Below are positions 46,618-54,242 of a stretch of DNA of 54,242 nt, piece by piece. Under the pieces are notes generated by a model. That model searched no databases and had not been told where the DNA came from. It saw only the letters and a program-made list of their open reading frames with translations. Origin of the DNA: Prochlorococcaceae cyanobacterium (GTDB lineage: Bacteria; Cyanobacteriota; Cyanobacteriia; PCC-6307; Cyanobiaceae); contig JBMLOS010000123.1 of NCBI GenBank assembly GCA_049242845.1, positions 1-54,242 of the forward strand, in the 5' to 3' direction. Every line of letters starts with the position of its first letter. Within the stretch, counting starts at the first letter, position 1. The translations under genes and the position numbers were made by a program.

Positions 46618-48237
46618 ATGGCGAAGTCCCTGCGCCGCATCGCCCTGATCGTGGCGGTGGCCACGGCCCTGAGCAAGGTGGCCGGGCTGCTGCGCCAGCA
46701 GGTGATCGCCGCGGCCTTCGGGGTGGGCGCCGCCTACGACGCCTACAACTACGCCTACGTGCTGCCGGGCTTCCTGCTGATCCTGCTGGGCGGCATCAAC
46801 GGCCCGTTCCACAGCGCCATGGTGAGCGTGCTCGCCCGCCGCCCCCGCGAGGAGGGCGCCCACGTGCTGGCGGCGATCAACACCCTGGTGGGGGCGGGCC
46901 TGCTGGGGGTGACCCTGCTGCTGGTGGTGGCGGCCGATCCCCTGATCGATCTGGTGGGGCCGGGGCTCGAGGCCACCCGCCACGAGATCGCCGTGCTGCA
47001 GCTGCGCTGGATGGCGCCGATGGCCCTGTTCGCCGGCCTGATCGGCCTCGGCTTCGGGGCCCTCAACGCCGCCGACGAGTTCTGGCTGCCGGCCGTGAGC
47101 CCCCTGCTCTCCAGCGTGGCCGTGATCGGCGGCATCGGCCTGCTCTGGTGGCAGCTGGGGGCGGAGATCACCCTGCCGGCGGCGGCGGTGGTGGGCGGCG
47201 TGGTGCTGGCGGGCAGCACCACCCTGGGGGCGGTGCTGCAGTGGCTGATCCAGCTGCCGGCCCTGGCCCGGCAGGGGCTGCACCGCTTCCAGCTGGTGTG
47301 GGACTGGCGGGATCCCGGCGTGCGCGAGGTGCTGCAGGTGATGGCCCCGGCCACCCTCTCCTCCGGGATGCTCCAGATCAACGTGTTCACCGATCTTTTC
47401 TTCGCCTCCGGGATCGTGGGGGCAGCGGCCGGGCTCGGTTACGCCAACCTGCTGGTGCAGACCCCCCTCGGGCTGCTCTCCAATGCCCTGCTGGTGCCGC
47501 TGCTGCCGCTCTACGCGCGCCTCACCGCGCCGGACGACCGGCCGGAGCTGGTCGCCCGGATCCGCCAGGGGCTGATGCTCTCGAACGCGAGCATGCTGCC
47601 GCTGGGGGCCCTGATGGTGGCTCTGGCGGGGCCGATCGTGGCCCTGATCTACGAGCGCGGCGCCTTCGACAGCCAGGCCGCCTCCCTGGTGGCTGGCCTG
47701 CTGATGGCCTACGGGGTGGGCATGCCCGCCTACCTGGCGCGGGATGTGCTCGTGCGGGTGTTCTACGCCCTGGGCGACGGCAACACCCCGTTCCGCTTCT
47801 CGGTGGCGGGCATCGGCCTGAACGTGGTGTTCGACTGGCTGCTGGTGGGCGGCCCCAGCCCCTGGGGCCTGCAACTGCCGGCCCTGAACTTCGGCGCCCC
47901 GGGGCTGGTGCTGGCCACGGTGGGGGTGAACGTGTTCACCTGCACAGGCCTGCTGCTGGCGCTGCGCAACCGCCTGGGGGGGCTGCCCCTGCGGCTCTGG
48001 GGCCGCGACACCCTGCTGCTCACGGGAGCAGCCGTGGCGGCCGGCCTGGTGGCCTGGGGGCTGGCCAGCGCCGTGGCCTGGCCGGGGGGGCTGGGCGGGC
48101 GGCTGCTGGAGACCAGCCTCTGCTCCGCCCTCGCCCTGGCGGTGTACGGCCTGGGGGCCAGCGCCGCCGGGGTGCCGGAGGCGCGCCAGCTGCAGCGGCA
48201 GCTGCTCCAGCGCCTCCCGGGCCGTTCCGGCGGCTGA
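46618..48237 (+). CDS. murJ: Lipid II flippase MurJ (MviN)
   Basis: LSKVAGLLRQ..AAAFGVG, GGINGPFHSA, YERGAFD and RVFYALGD. Confidence 0.95.
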   Translation: MAKSLRRIALIVAVATALSKVAGLLRQQVIAAAFGVGAAYDAYNYAYVLPGFLLILLGGINGPFHSAMVSVLARRPREEGAHVLAAINTLVGAGLLGVTLLLVVAADPLIDLVGPGLEATRHEIAVLQLRWMAPMALFAGLIGLGFGALNAADEFWLPAVSPLLSSVAVIGGIGLLWWQLGAEITLPAAAVVGGVVLAGSTTLGAVLQWLIQLPALARQGLHRFQLVWDWRDPGVREVLQVMAPATLSSGMLQINVFTDLFFASGIVGAAAGLGYANLLVQTPLGLLSNALLVPLLPLYARLTAPDDRPELVARIRQGLMLSNASMLPLGALMVALAGPIVALIYERGAFDSQAASLVAGLLMAYGVGMPAYLARDVLVRVFYALGDGNTPFRFSVAGIGLNVVFDWLLVGGPSPWGLQLPALNFGAPGLVLATVGVNVFTCTGLLLALRNRLGGLPLRLWGRDTLLLTGAAVAAGLVAWGLASAVAWPGGLGGRLLETSLCSALALAVYGLGASAAGVPEARQLQRQLLQRLPGRSGG

Positions 48238-48270
48238 ACAAAGCGCAGCCCGGGCAGGAAGCCGGAGGGC

Positions 48271-48546
48271 TCAGTCGCGCCCGTCGCGCTCGGGCAGGCG
48301 CACCTGCCGCTCCTCGCGCACCTGCAGGGGGATCTCCAGGCGGTTGCGGCCCACCATCTGGGGCCCGTCCACCGAAAAGATGCGGGCCTCGATGCCGAAC
48401 TCCTTGAAGGCGTTCTCCAGCTCCTGGATCAGCACCTTCTCCACCTGCGCCTCGGCGTCCACCACCTTGCCGATCAGGCGTCCGCCGAGGCGGCCGATCC
48501 GCTGGCGCACCACGTCGCGGGCGTTGGTGACCTCGATGACCAGCAC
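48271..48546 (-). CDS. Conserved small picocyanobacterial hypothetical protein
   Basis: MLVIEVTNARDVVRQRIGRLG..VEKVLIQELE..FGIEARI; strong coding bias; co-oriented with DUF3181. Confidence 0.75.
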   Translation of the reverse strand: MLVIEVTNARDVVRQRIGRLGGRLIGKVVDAEAQVEKVLIQELENAFKEFGIEARIFSVDGPQMVGRNRLEIPLQVREERQVRLPERDGRD

Positions 48547-48588
48547 GTCCCGTCCGCAGGAGCGGCAACCCTATCGGCCCCGGCCGGA

Positions 48589-48876
48589 TCAGCCAAACTC
48601 CTGCAGCAGGTCTTCCAGGTCGCGCAGCTGGCCGGGGGGGATCAGGCGGGCCAGGGGCAGCCGCGTGCTGCCACCCCCGATCGGCACCTGCACCGCCTCC
48701 AGCGCCTGGCGGGCACAGACAGCCGCCCCCTGATCCAGCCGGGCGACGCACTCGATCGCCAGGGGCTCGGCCAGGCCCGCATCCCCCAGATACAGGTGCC
48801 AGCCGGCCACCTGCAGATAGAGGCGATCCGCCAGGGCCTCGGTGAGCTGGCGGATCGTGGCGGCATCCAGAGCCAT
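48589..48876 (-). CDS. DUF3181 family protein
   Basis: ATG 48876; ADRLYLQVAGWHLYLGDA and VPIGGG..LPL. Confidence 0.88.
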   Translation of the reverse strand: MALDAATIRQLTEALADRLYLQVAGWHLYLGDAGLAEPLAIECVARLDQGAAVCARQALEAVQVPIGGGSTRLPLARLIPPGQLRDLEDLLQEFG

Positions 48877-48926
48877 GAGGGCGGTTCTCGCAGGGGGAGC
48901 GGGGTGGGGCGGCGGACCGCCGGGTC

Positions 48927-49172
48927 TCAGGCGGGATCCTGCCGGGCGGGCCGCATCACGATCACCACACCGGCATGAAGCAGCAGGGCGGCGCCCCAGC
49001 TCAGCGTGACCAGATCGAGGTGGGCGAAGGGATGGCGCAGTTCCTGCAGGAACCACAGGCCGCTGTTAACGGCGGCGAAGAGGGCCCCGTGCAGCACCAG
49101 ATTCACGATCCGCTCGAAGTGGCGGTAGGTGGGATCACTCGGGTCGGCGGGGCCGTACCAGCGGATCGGCAT
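48927..49172 (-). CDS. 2TM-domain small membrane protein
   Basis: MPIRWYGPADPSDPTYRHFERIVN..H...FAAVNSGLWF plus a second TM helix. Confidence 0.8.
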   Translation of the reverse strand: MPIRWYGPADPSDPTYRHFERIVNLVLHGALFAAVNSGLWFLQELRHPFAHLDLVTLSWGAALLLHAGVVIVMRPARQDPA

Positions 49173-49352
49173 GGGCTCGGCGGGGGAGGAGAAACCGCTG
49201 CGGCGTGGCGGCCGGCGGCAATCGCATGATTCTGGCCTTCTGGCCCTGAAGGCGGAATCCGCCCGCCCCCCGGGGGCGGGATGGTTGACGCAGGGGCCCC
49301 CCGTGCGGTGAGAATGCGGGGGTCGGCGAAATTTCGCCGGCGCTCAGCCCAG

Positions 49353-49426
49353 GCGCTTGTAGCTCAGCGGATTAGAGCATCTGACTACGGATCAGAGGGT
49401 CGGGAGTTCGAATCTCTCCAGGCGCG
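49353..49426 (+). tRNA. tRNA-Arg(ACG)
   Basis: Acceptor GCGCTTG/CAGGCGC, AGCTCAGCGGATTAGAGC D arm, TCTGA-CTACGGA-TCAGA anticodon arm and GGGAG-TTCGAAT-CTCTC T arm. Confidence 0.97.
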
Positions 49427-49439
49427 CTCCAACTTCCAC

Positions 49440-49462
49440 GCCCCGCTCCGGCGGGGCTTTTT
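49440..49462 (+). terminator. Intrinsic terminator after tRNA-Arg
   Basis: GCCCCGC-tccg-GCGGGGC followed by TTTTT. Confidence 0.85.
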
Positions 49463-49565
49463 CATGGGCGGCCTCGCCGGGCCGGGTCCGTCCGGGCCAC
49501 GGCCGGGCCGCGCGGGTGCCTCACCCCGCTTCCTTACGATTCCCATCAGCCCCGCTCCTGCTTCG

Positions 49566-50852
49566 ATGGCCGACACCGCCGCCGCGATCAACCAGCCCCT
49601 GGCGGCCAGGGATCCCGCCATCGCCGCCCTGATCGGCAAGGAGCTGGAGCGACAGCAGACCCACCTCGAACTGATCGCCTCCGAGAACTTCGCCTCCCGC
49701 GCCGTGATGGAGGCCCAGGGCTCGGTGCTCACCAACAAGTACGCCGAGGGCCTGCCCCACAAGCGCTACTACGGCGGCTGCGAGCACGTGGATGCGATCG
49801 AGGAGCTGGCGATCGAGCGGGCCAAGGAGCTGTTCGGCGCCGCCTGGGCCAACGTGCAGCCCCACAGCGGCGCCCAGGCCAACTTCGCCGTGTTCCTGGC
49901 GCTGCTGCAGCCCGGCGACACGATCATGGGCATGGACCTCAGCCACGGAGGCCACCTCACCCACGGCTCCCCCGTGAACGTGAGCGGCAAGTGGTTCCAG
50001 GTGGTGCAGTACGGCGTCGACCGCGACACCCAGCAGCTCAACTTCGAGAACATCCGCCAGCTGGCCCTCGAGCACAAGCCGAAGCTGATCGTGTGCGGCT
50101 ACTCGGCCTACCCCCGCACGATCAACTTCGAGGCCTTCCGCGCCATCGCCGATGAGGTGGGCGCCTACCTGCTGGCCGACATGGCCCACATCGCCGGCCT
50201 GGTGGCGGCCGGCGTGCACCCCAACCCGGTGCCCGTGTGCGATGTGGTGACCACCACCACCCACAAGACCCTGCGCGGTCCCCGCGGCGGCCTGATCCTC
50301 TGCCGCGATGCCGAGTTCGCCAAGCAGTTCGACAAGGCCGTGTTCCCCGGCAGCCAGGGCGGCCCGCTGGAGCACGTGATCGCCGCCAAGGCGGTGGCCT
50401 TCGGCGAGGCGCTGCACCCCAGCTTCACCAGCTACGCCCAGCAGGTGGTGGCCAACGCCCAGGCCCTGGCGGCCCGCATCCAGGAGCGCGGCATCGATGT
50501 GGTGAGCGGCGGCACCGACAACCACCTGGTGCTGCTCGATCTGCGCAGCATCAACATGACCGGCAAGGTGGCCGACCTGCTGGTGAGCGATGTGCACATC
50601 ACCGCCAACAAGAACACCGTGCCCTTCGATCCCCAGTCGCCGTTCATCACCAGCGGCCTGCGGCTCGGCACCGCCGCCTGCACCACCCGCGGCTTCGATG
50701 AGGCGGCCTTCCGCGAGGTGGCCGACGTGATCGCCGATCGGCTGCTCAACCCGGAGGACAGCGCCATCGAGCAGCGCTGCCGCGAGCGGGTGGCGGCCCT
50801 GTGCGAGCGCTTCCCCCTCTACGCCGGCGAGCGTCAGCTGCAGCACGCCTGA
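49566..50852 (+). CDS. glyA: Serine hydroxymethyltransferase
   Basis: LIASENF, NKYAEG, NVQPHSG and PLP lysine [14 protein letters not shown]; ATG 49566. Confidence 0.98.
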   Translation: MADTAAAINQPLAARDPAIAALIGKELERQQTHLELIASENFASRAVMEAQGSVLTNKYAEGLPHKRYYGGCEHVDAIEELAIERAKELFGAAWANVQPHSGAQANFAVFLALLQPGDTIMGMDLSHGGHLTHGSPVNVSGKWFQVVQYGVDRDTQQLNFENIRQLALEHKPKLIVCGYSAYPRTINFEAFRAIADEVGAYLLADMAHIAGLVAAGVHPNPVPVCDVVTTTTHKTLRGPRGGLILCRDAEFAKQFDKAVFPGSQGGPLEHVIAAKAVAFGEALHPSFTSYAQQVVANAQALAARIQERGIDVVSGGTDNHLVLLDLRSINMTGKVADLLVSDVHITANKNTVPFDPQSPFITSGLRLGTAACTTRGFDEAAFREVADVIADRLLNPEDSAIEQRCRERVAALCERFPLYAGERQLQHA

Positions 50853-50919
50853 TCAGCGGCCCCGCCCGTAAGGTGGGCCGCGCAGGCCCCCGTTCGGCTC
50901 CCCTCCCGGCCCCGCCGCT

Positions 50920-52041
50920 GTGACCCTCGCCTACAGCCCCAACGCGGCGGCCCTGCTGACGCTCCTGGCCGCGGCGGTGCTCACGGCCCTGATCGTGCCC
51001 CTGGTGCGCCGTCTCGGCCTGCGCTGGGGCCTCACCGACCAGCCCGACCCGCGCAAGCAGCACACCAAGCCGATGGTGCGCCTCGGGGGCGTGGGCATCG
51101 TGGCCGGCTTCAGCCTGGCCCTCACCCTCACCTGGGCCCTGGGGGGATTCGCCGAGCTCCCCGTGAGCAAGGACACCGCCATCTGGACCACCCTGGCGGG
51201 TTCCCTCTGCTACTTCGTGATCGGCCTGGCGGACGACCTCTTCGCCCTGCCACCGCTGCCGCGGCTGGTGGGGCAGGTGGCCGTGGCCACGGTGGTGTGG
51301 GGCGAAGGGGTGAGGATCGGCACGATCGAGCTGCCCTTCTCGCTCGGGGGCGCGAGCACCCCGGTGCTGGTGCTGCCCGAGCCCCTCAGCCTGCTGGCCA
51401 CCGTGATCTGGCTGGCGGGAATCACCAACGCGATCAACTGGCTCGATGGCCTCGATGGCCTGGCCGCCGGCGTCAGCGGCATCGCGGCGGTGGGCCTGCT
51501 CTCGGTGAGCTTCAGCCTGCACCAGCCCGCCGCAGGGCTGCTCGCCGCCGCCCTGGCCGGCGCCTGCCTGGGCTTCCTGCGCCACAACTTCAACCCCGCC
51601 CGCATCTTCATGGGCGATGGCGGTTCCTACTTTCTCGGCTTCGCCCTTGCGGCGATCAGCATCGTGGGTCCGGCCAAGGGCATCACCAGCGTGAGCCTGC
51701 TGCTGCCGCTGCTGATCCTCTCGCTGCCCCTGGCGGACATGTCCGCCGTGATCATGGGGCGCCTCAGCGAGGGCCATTCGCCCTTCTATCCCGACCGGCG
51801 CCACCTGCACCACCGGCTGCTGCGGGCCGGCTTCAGCCACCGCCGCACCGTGGTGCTGATCTACGCCTTCACCCAGTGGCTCGCCTCCCTCGCCCTGGTG
51901 CTGGCCAACGCCGAGATGCGCTTCCTCTGGCTGGCGCTGGCCACGGCCATCCTGATCGGCGTGGTGGTGGCCTGCCGGCGCAGCCTGCAGCAGGAGCAGG
52001 ACCAGTCCGCGGATCCGGCACTTTCCGATGGCCAGCGCTGA
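50920..52041 (+). CDS. WecA/MraY-like glycosyltransferase family 4 (undecaprenyl-phosphate GlcNAc-1-P transferase)
   Basis: [31 protein letters not shown] and DRRHLHHRL. Confidence 0.92.
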   Translation: MTLAYSPNAAALLTLLAAAVLTALIVPLVRRLGLRWGLTDQPDPRKQHTKPMVRLGGVGIVAGFSLALTLTWALGGFAELPVSKDTAIWTTLAGSLCYFVIGLADDLFALPPLPRLVGQVAVATVVWGEGVRIGTIELPFSLGGASTPVLVLPEPLSLLATVIWLAGITNAINWLDGLDGLAAGVSGIAAVGLLSVSFSLHQPAAGLLAAALAGACLGFLRHNFNPARIFMGDGGSYFLGFALAAISIVGPAKGITSVSLLLPLLILSLPLADMSAVIMGRLSEGHSPFYPDRRHLHHRLLRAGFSHRRTVVLIYAFTQWLASLALVLANAEMRFLWLALATAILIGVVVACRRSLQQEQDQSADPALSDGQR

Positions 52042-53302
52042 GGTTCTCTGCATCGGCACTGAGCTGCTGCTCGGCAACATCACCAACGGCAATGCCCGCT
52101 GGATCGCCGAGGAGCTGGCCGGCCTTGGCATGGCCCACTTCCGCCAGAGCGTGGTGGGCGACAACCGGGAGCGGCTGATCGCCGCCGTGCGGGAGGCAGC
52201 AGGGCGCTGCCGCGTGCTGATCACCACCGGCGGCCTGGGCCCCACCCCCGACGACCTCACCACCGAGGCGATCGCCGCCGCCTTCGGCGCCCCCCTGGTG
52301 GAGCACCCGGCCGTGTGGGAGGACATCCAGGCGAAGCTCGCCGCCCGCGGCAGGCCGGTGTCGGAGAGCCTGCGGCGCCAGGCCCTGCTGCCCGCCGGCG
52401 CCGCGGTGCTGCCCAACCCCACCGGCACCGCCCCCGGCATGATCTGGAGCCCGGCGGCGGATCAGTCCTTCCCGCTCACGCCGGGCTTCACGCTGCTCAC
52501 CTTCCCCGGCGTGCCGAGTGAACTGCACGCCATGTGGCACCAGACGGCCGCCCCCTGGCTGCGCAGCCAGGGCCTGGCGGAGGGGGTGATCGCCAGCCGG
52601 CTGCTGCGCTTCTGGGGGGTGGGCGAATCCACCCTCGCCGAGCAGGTGGGCGACCTGCTGGCCCTGGAGAACCCCACCGTGGCGCCCTATGCCGGCACCG
52701 GCGAGGTGAAGCTGCGGATCACGGCGCGCTCGGTATCGGCCCCGGAGGCCCAGGCCCTGCTGGAGCCGGTGGAAGCGGAACTGCGGGCCCGAACGGGCTC
52801 CCTCTGCTACGGCGCCGATGAAGACAGCCTGGCCTCGGTGGTGCTCGCCCTGCTGCGGCAACGGGGCGAGAGCGTGGCGGTGGCCGAGAGCTGCACCGGC
52901 GGCGGCATCGGGGCCGCTCTCGCCGCCGTTCCCGGGGCCTCGGAGGTGTTCCTCGGGGGCGTGATCGCCTATGCCAATGCGCTCAAGCAGGGGTTGCTTG
53001 GCGTGCCTGCGGAGCTGCTAGAGAACCATGGAGCCGTGAGCGATCCGGTGGCGTCCGCCATGGCTGAGGGGGTCCGCCGCGCCACCGGCGCCACCTGGGG
53101 CATCGCCGTGAGCGGCATCGCCGGCCCCGGCGGCGGCAGCCCAAGCAAGCCCGTGGGCCATGTGCACATCGCCGTGGCCGGCCCCGACGGCTGCCACAGC
53201 GAGGCGGCGCGCTTCGGCAGCAGCCGGGGCCGCGCCTGGATCCAGGCCGTGACCGCCGGCGAGGCCCTCAACCGGCTGAGGTTGCGCGTGCTGGAGGGGT
53301 GA
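52028..53302 (+). CDS. cinA: Competence/damage-inducible protein A (CinA; MocF + PncC domains)
   Basis: [33 protein letters not shown] and GAVS. Confidence 0.95.
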   Translation: MASAEVLCIGTELLLGNITNGNARWIAEELAGLGMAHFRQSVVGDNRERLIAAVREAAGRCRVLITTGGLGPTPDDLTTEAIAAAFGAPLVEHPAVWEDIQAKLAARGRPVSESLRRQALLPAGAAVLPNPTGTAPGMIWSPAADQSFPLTPGFTLLTFPGVPSELHAMWHQTAAPWLRSQGLAEGVIASRLLRFWGVGESTLAEQVGDLLALENPTVAPYAGTGEVKLRITARSVSAPEAQALLEPVEAELRARTGSLCYGADEDSLASVVLALLRQRGESVAVAESCTGGGIGAALAAVPGASEVFLGGVIAYANALKQGLLGVPAELLENHGAVSDPVASAMAEGVRRATGATWGIAVSGIAGPGGGSPSKPVGHVHIAVAGPDGCHSEAARFGSSRGRAWIQAVTAGEALNRLRLRVLEG

Positions 53303-53373
53303 GGGCGGGCCCGACCACTGCGGGTGGCGATGCTGCCCGGGCTGCCTAAGGTCTGGGCAGCCTGGCCCTTTCG

Positions 53374-53709
53374 ATGCCGCACCCTGCCCAGCCATGGCTG
53401 GCCGCCACGCTGCCCCTGCTGGCGGCATGCCCCGCCCTGGCGCTGCCCCCACCGGCGCCCTCCAGGGGCATCCTGCGCAGCCTGCAGAACGGCGATCGGG
53501 CCTGCTACGCCGAGGTGGAGGACAGCCAGGGCGTGCGCCGCAGCCTGGAGGCGGCCTTCGAGCTGTGCGAGCGCACCGATCTGATCGGCCGGCGGGTGCA
53601 GCTGGTGCGCCGCACCGCGCGGGTGCTGGCGGCCTCCTGTCAGGGCGACCCCGACTGCGGCCGCAGCGATGAGGTGCAGCTGATCGTGGAACTGCGGCCC
53701 CTGCCCTGA
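53374..53709 (+). CDS. Small secreted Cys-containing hypothetical protein
   Basis: Signal peptide; NGDRACY, AAFELC and SCQGDPDCG motifs. Confidence 0.7.
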   Translation: MPHPAQPWLAATLPLLAACPALALPPPAPSRGILRSLQNGDRACYAEVEDSQGVRRSLEAAFELCERTDLIGRRVQLVRRTARVLAASCQGDPDCGRSDEVQLIVELRPLP

Positions 53710-53767
53710 GGGGCCGCCCTTGGTGGGGGCTGCGATCTAGGGTGGTCGGTCTGCTGGAGAGGGGCGG

Positions 53768-54242
53768 GTGAGCGCCGGAACGCTGTACGACAAGGTGTGG
53801 GAGCGGCATCGGGTGGCCGAGCTGCCGGGCGGTGCCACCCAGCTGTTCATCGGTCTGCACCTGATCCACGAGGTGACCAGCCCCCAGGCCTTCGCGGCCC
53901 TGCGGGATCTGGGGCTGGGCGTGCGCCACCCCGAGCGCACCGTGGCCACCGTGGATCACATCGTGCCCACCACCTCCCAGGCGCGGCCCTTCGCCGATCC
54001 CCTGGCCGAGGAGATGCTCGCCACGCTCGAGCGCAACTGCGCCGAGCACGGCATCACCCTGCACGGCCTCGGCAGCGGCCGCCAGGGGATCGTGCACGTG
54101 ATCGCCCCCGAGCTCGGCCTCACCCAGCCCGGCATGACCGTGGCCTGCGGCGATTCCCACACCTCCACCCACGGGGCCTTCGGCGCGATCGCCTTCGGCA
54201 TCGGCACCAGCCAGGTGCGCGACGTGCTCGCCAGCCAGAGCC
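53768..54242 (+). CDS. leuC: 3-isopropylmalate dehydratase large subunit (5' part; runs off the window)
   Basis: Manual translation from GTG 53768: [11 protein letters not shown]...[12 protein letters not shown]...TVDHIVPT...[10 protein letters not shown]...[13 protein letters not shown]. Confidence 0.97.
   Translation, partial: MSAGTLYDKVWERHRVAELPGGATQLFIGLHLIHEVTSPQAFAALRDLGLGVRHPERTVATVDHIVPTTSQARPFADPLAEEMLATLERNCAEHGITLHGLGSGRQGIVHVIAPELGLTQPGMTVACGDSHTSTHGAFGAIAFGIGTSQVRDVLASQS

Noticed and set aside
49285-49315. TTGACG...GAGAAT promoter for tRNA-Arg
   Set aside because: 19-nt spacer and imperfect -10; plausible but not supportable without TSS data.

Overview
GC-rich chromosomal window from a picocyanobacterium (Cyanobium/Synechococcus type, judged from psbK, a Hik2-like kinase, DUF3155/DUF3181/DUF1997 genes and the gene order). 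Both ends follow the picocyanobacterial backbone as I recall it: pgm-TM0106-ygfZ-pyrE-tRNA(CAT) on the left, and CBS/hemolysin-Gfo/Idh-GH15-wecB/tagA-psbK-tgt-cobS-hik2-DUF3155-esterase-purH-DUF4079-DUF1997-ispH-amt-sfsA-murJ-tRNA-Arg-glyA-wecA-cinA-leuC on the right. About 23.5 kb of accessory genes (~4422-27900) follow the CAT tRNA, with no integrase or att repeat seen. This block is dominated by signalling and envelope genes: a second CorC/HlyC protein, a minimal atypical kinase, a degenerate REC-PAS protein, cidA/lrgB, a calerythrin-like EF-hand protein, an SBP / saccharopine-dehydrogenase-like / PAS-GGDEF gene run back-to-back with a vWA-lipoprotein module, and a CheB-CheR-coiled-coil-PAS-GGDEF-EAL gene directly upstream of devBCA. 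Best leads: (1) a highly structured leader with mutually exclusive pairings and a sequestered SD upstream of DUF3155; (2) the transporter-less SBP/vWA/dehydrogenase/DGC cluster; (3) an AmtB-type transporter plus atypical PII (N49/F51) at the usual amt1 locus; (4) tgt with no canonical start codon. Three lesions (a +1 base in the cheBR fusion, an in-frame TAA in amtB, and G17/C13 runs in hik2) may be assembly errors and need checking against reads. No CRISPR, rRNA or transposase was found. Family names come from recalled motifs, not database searches.
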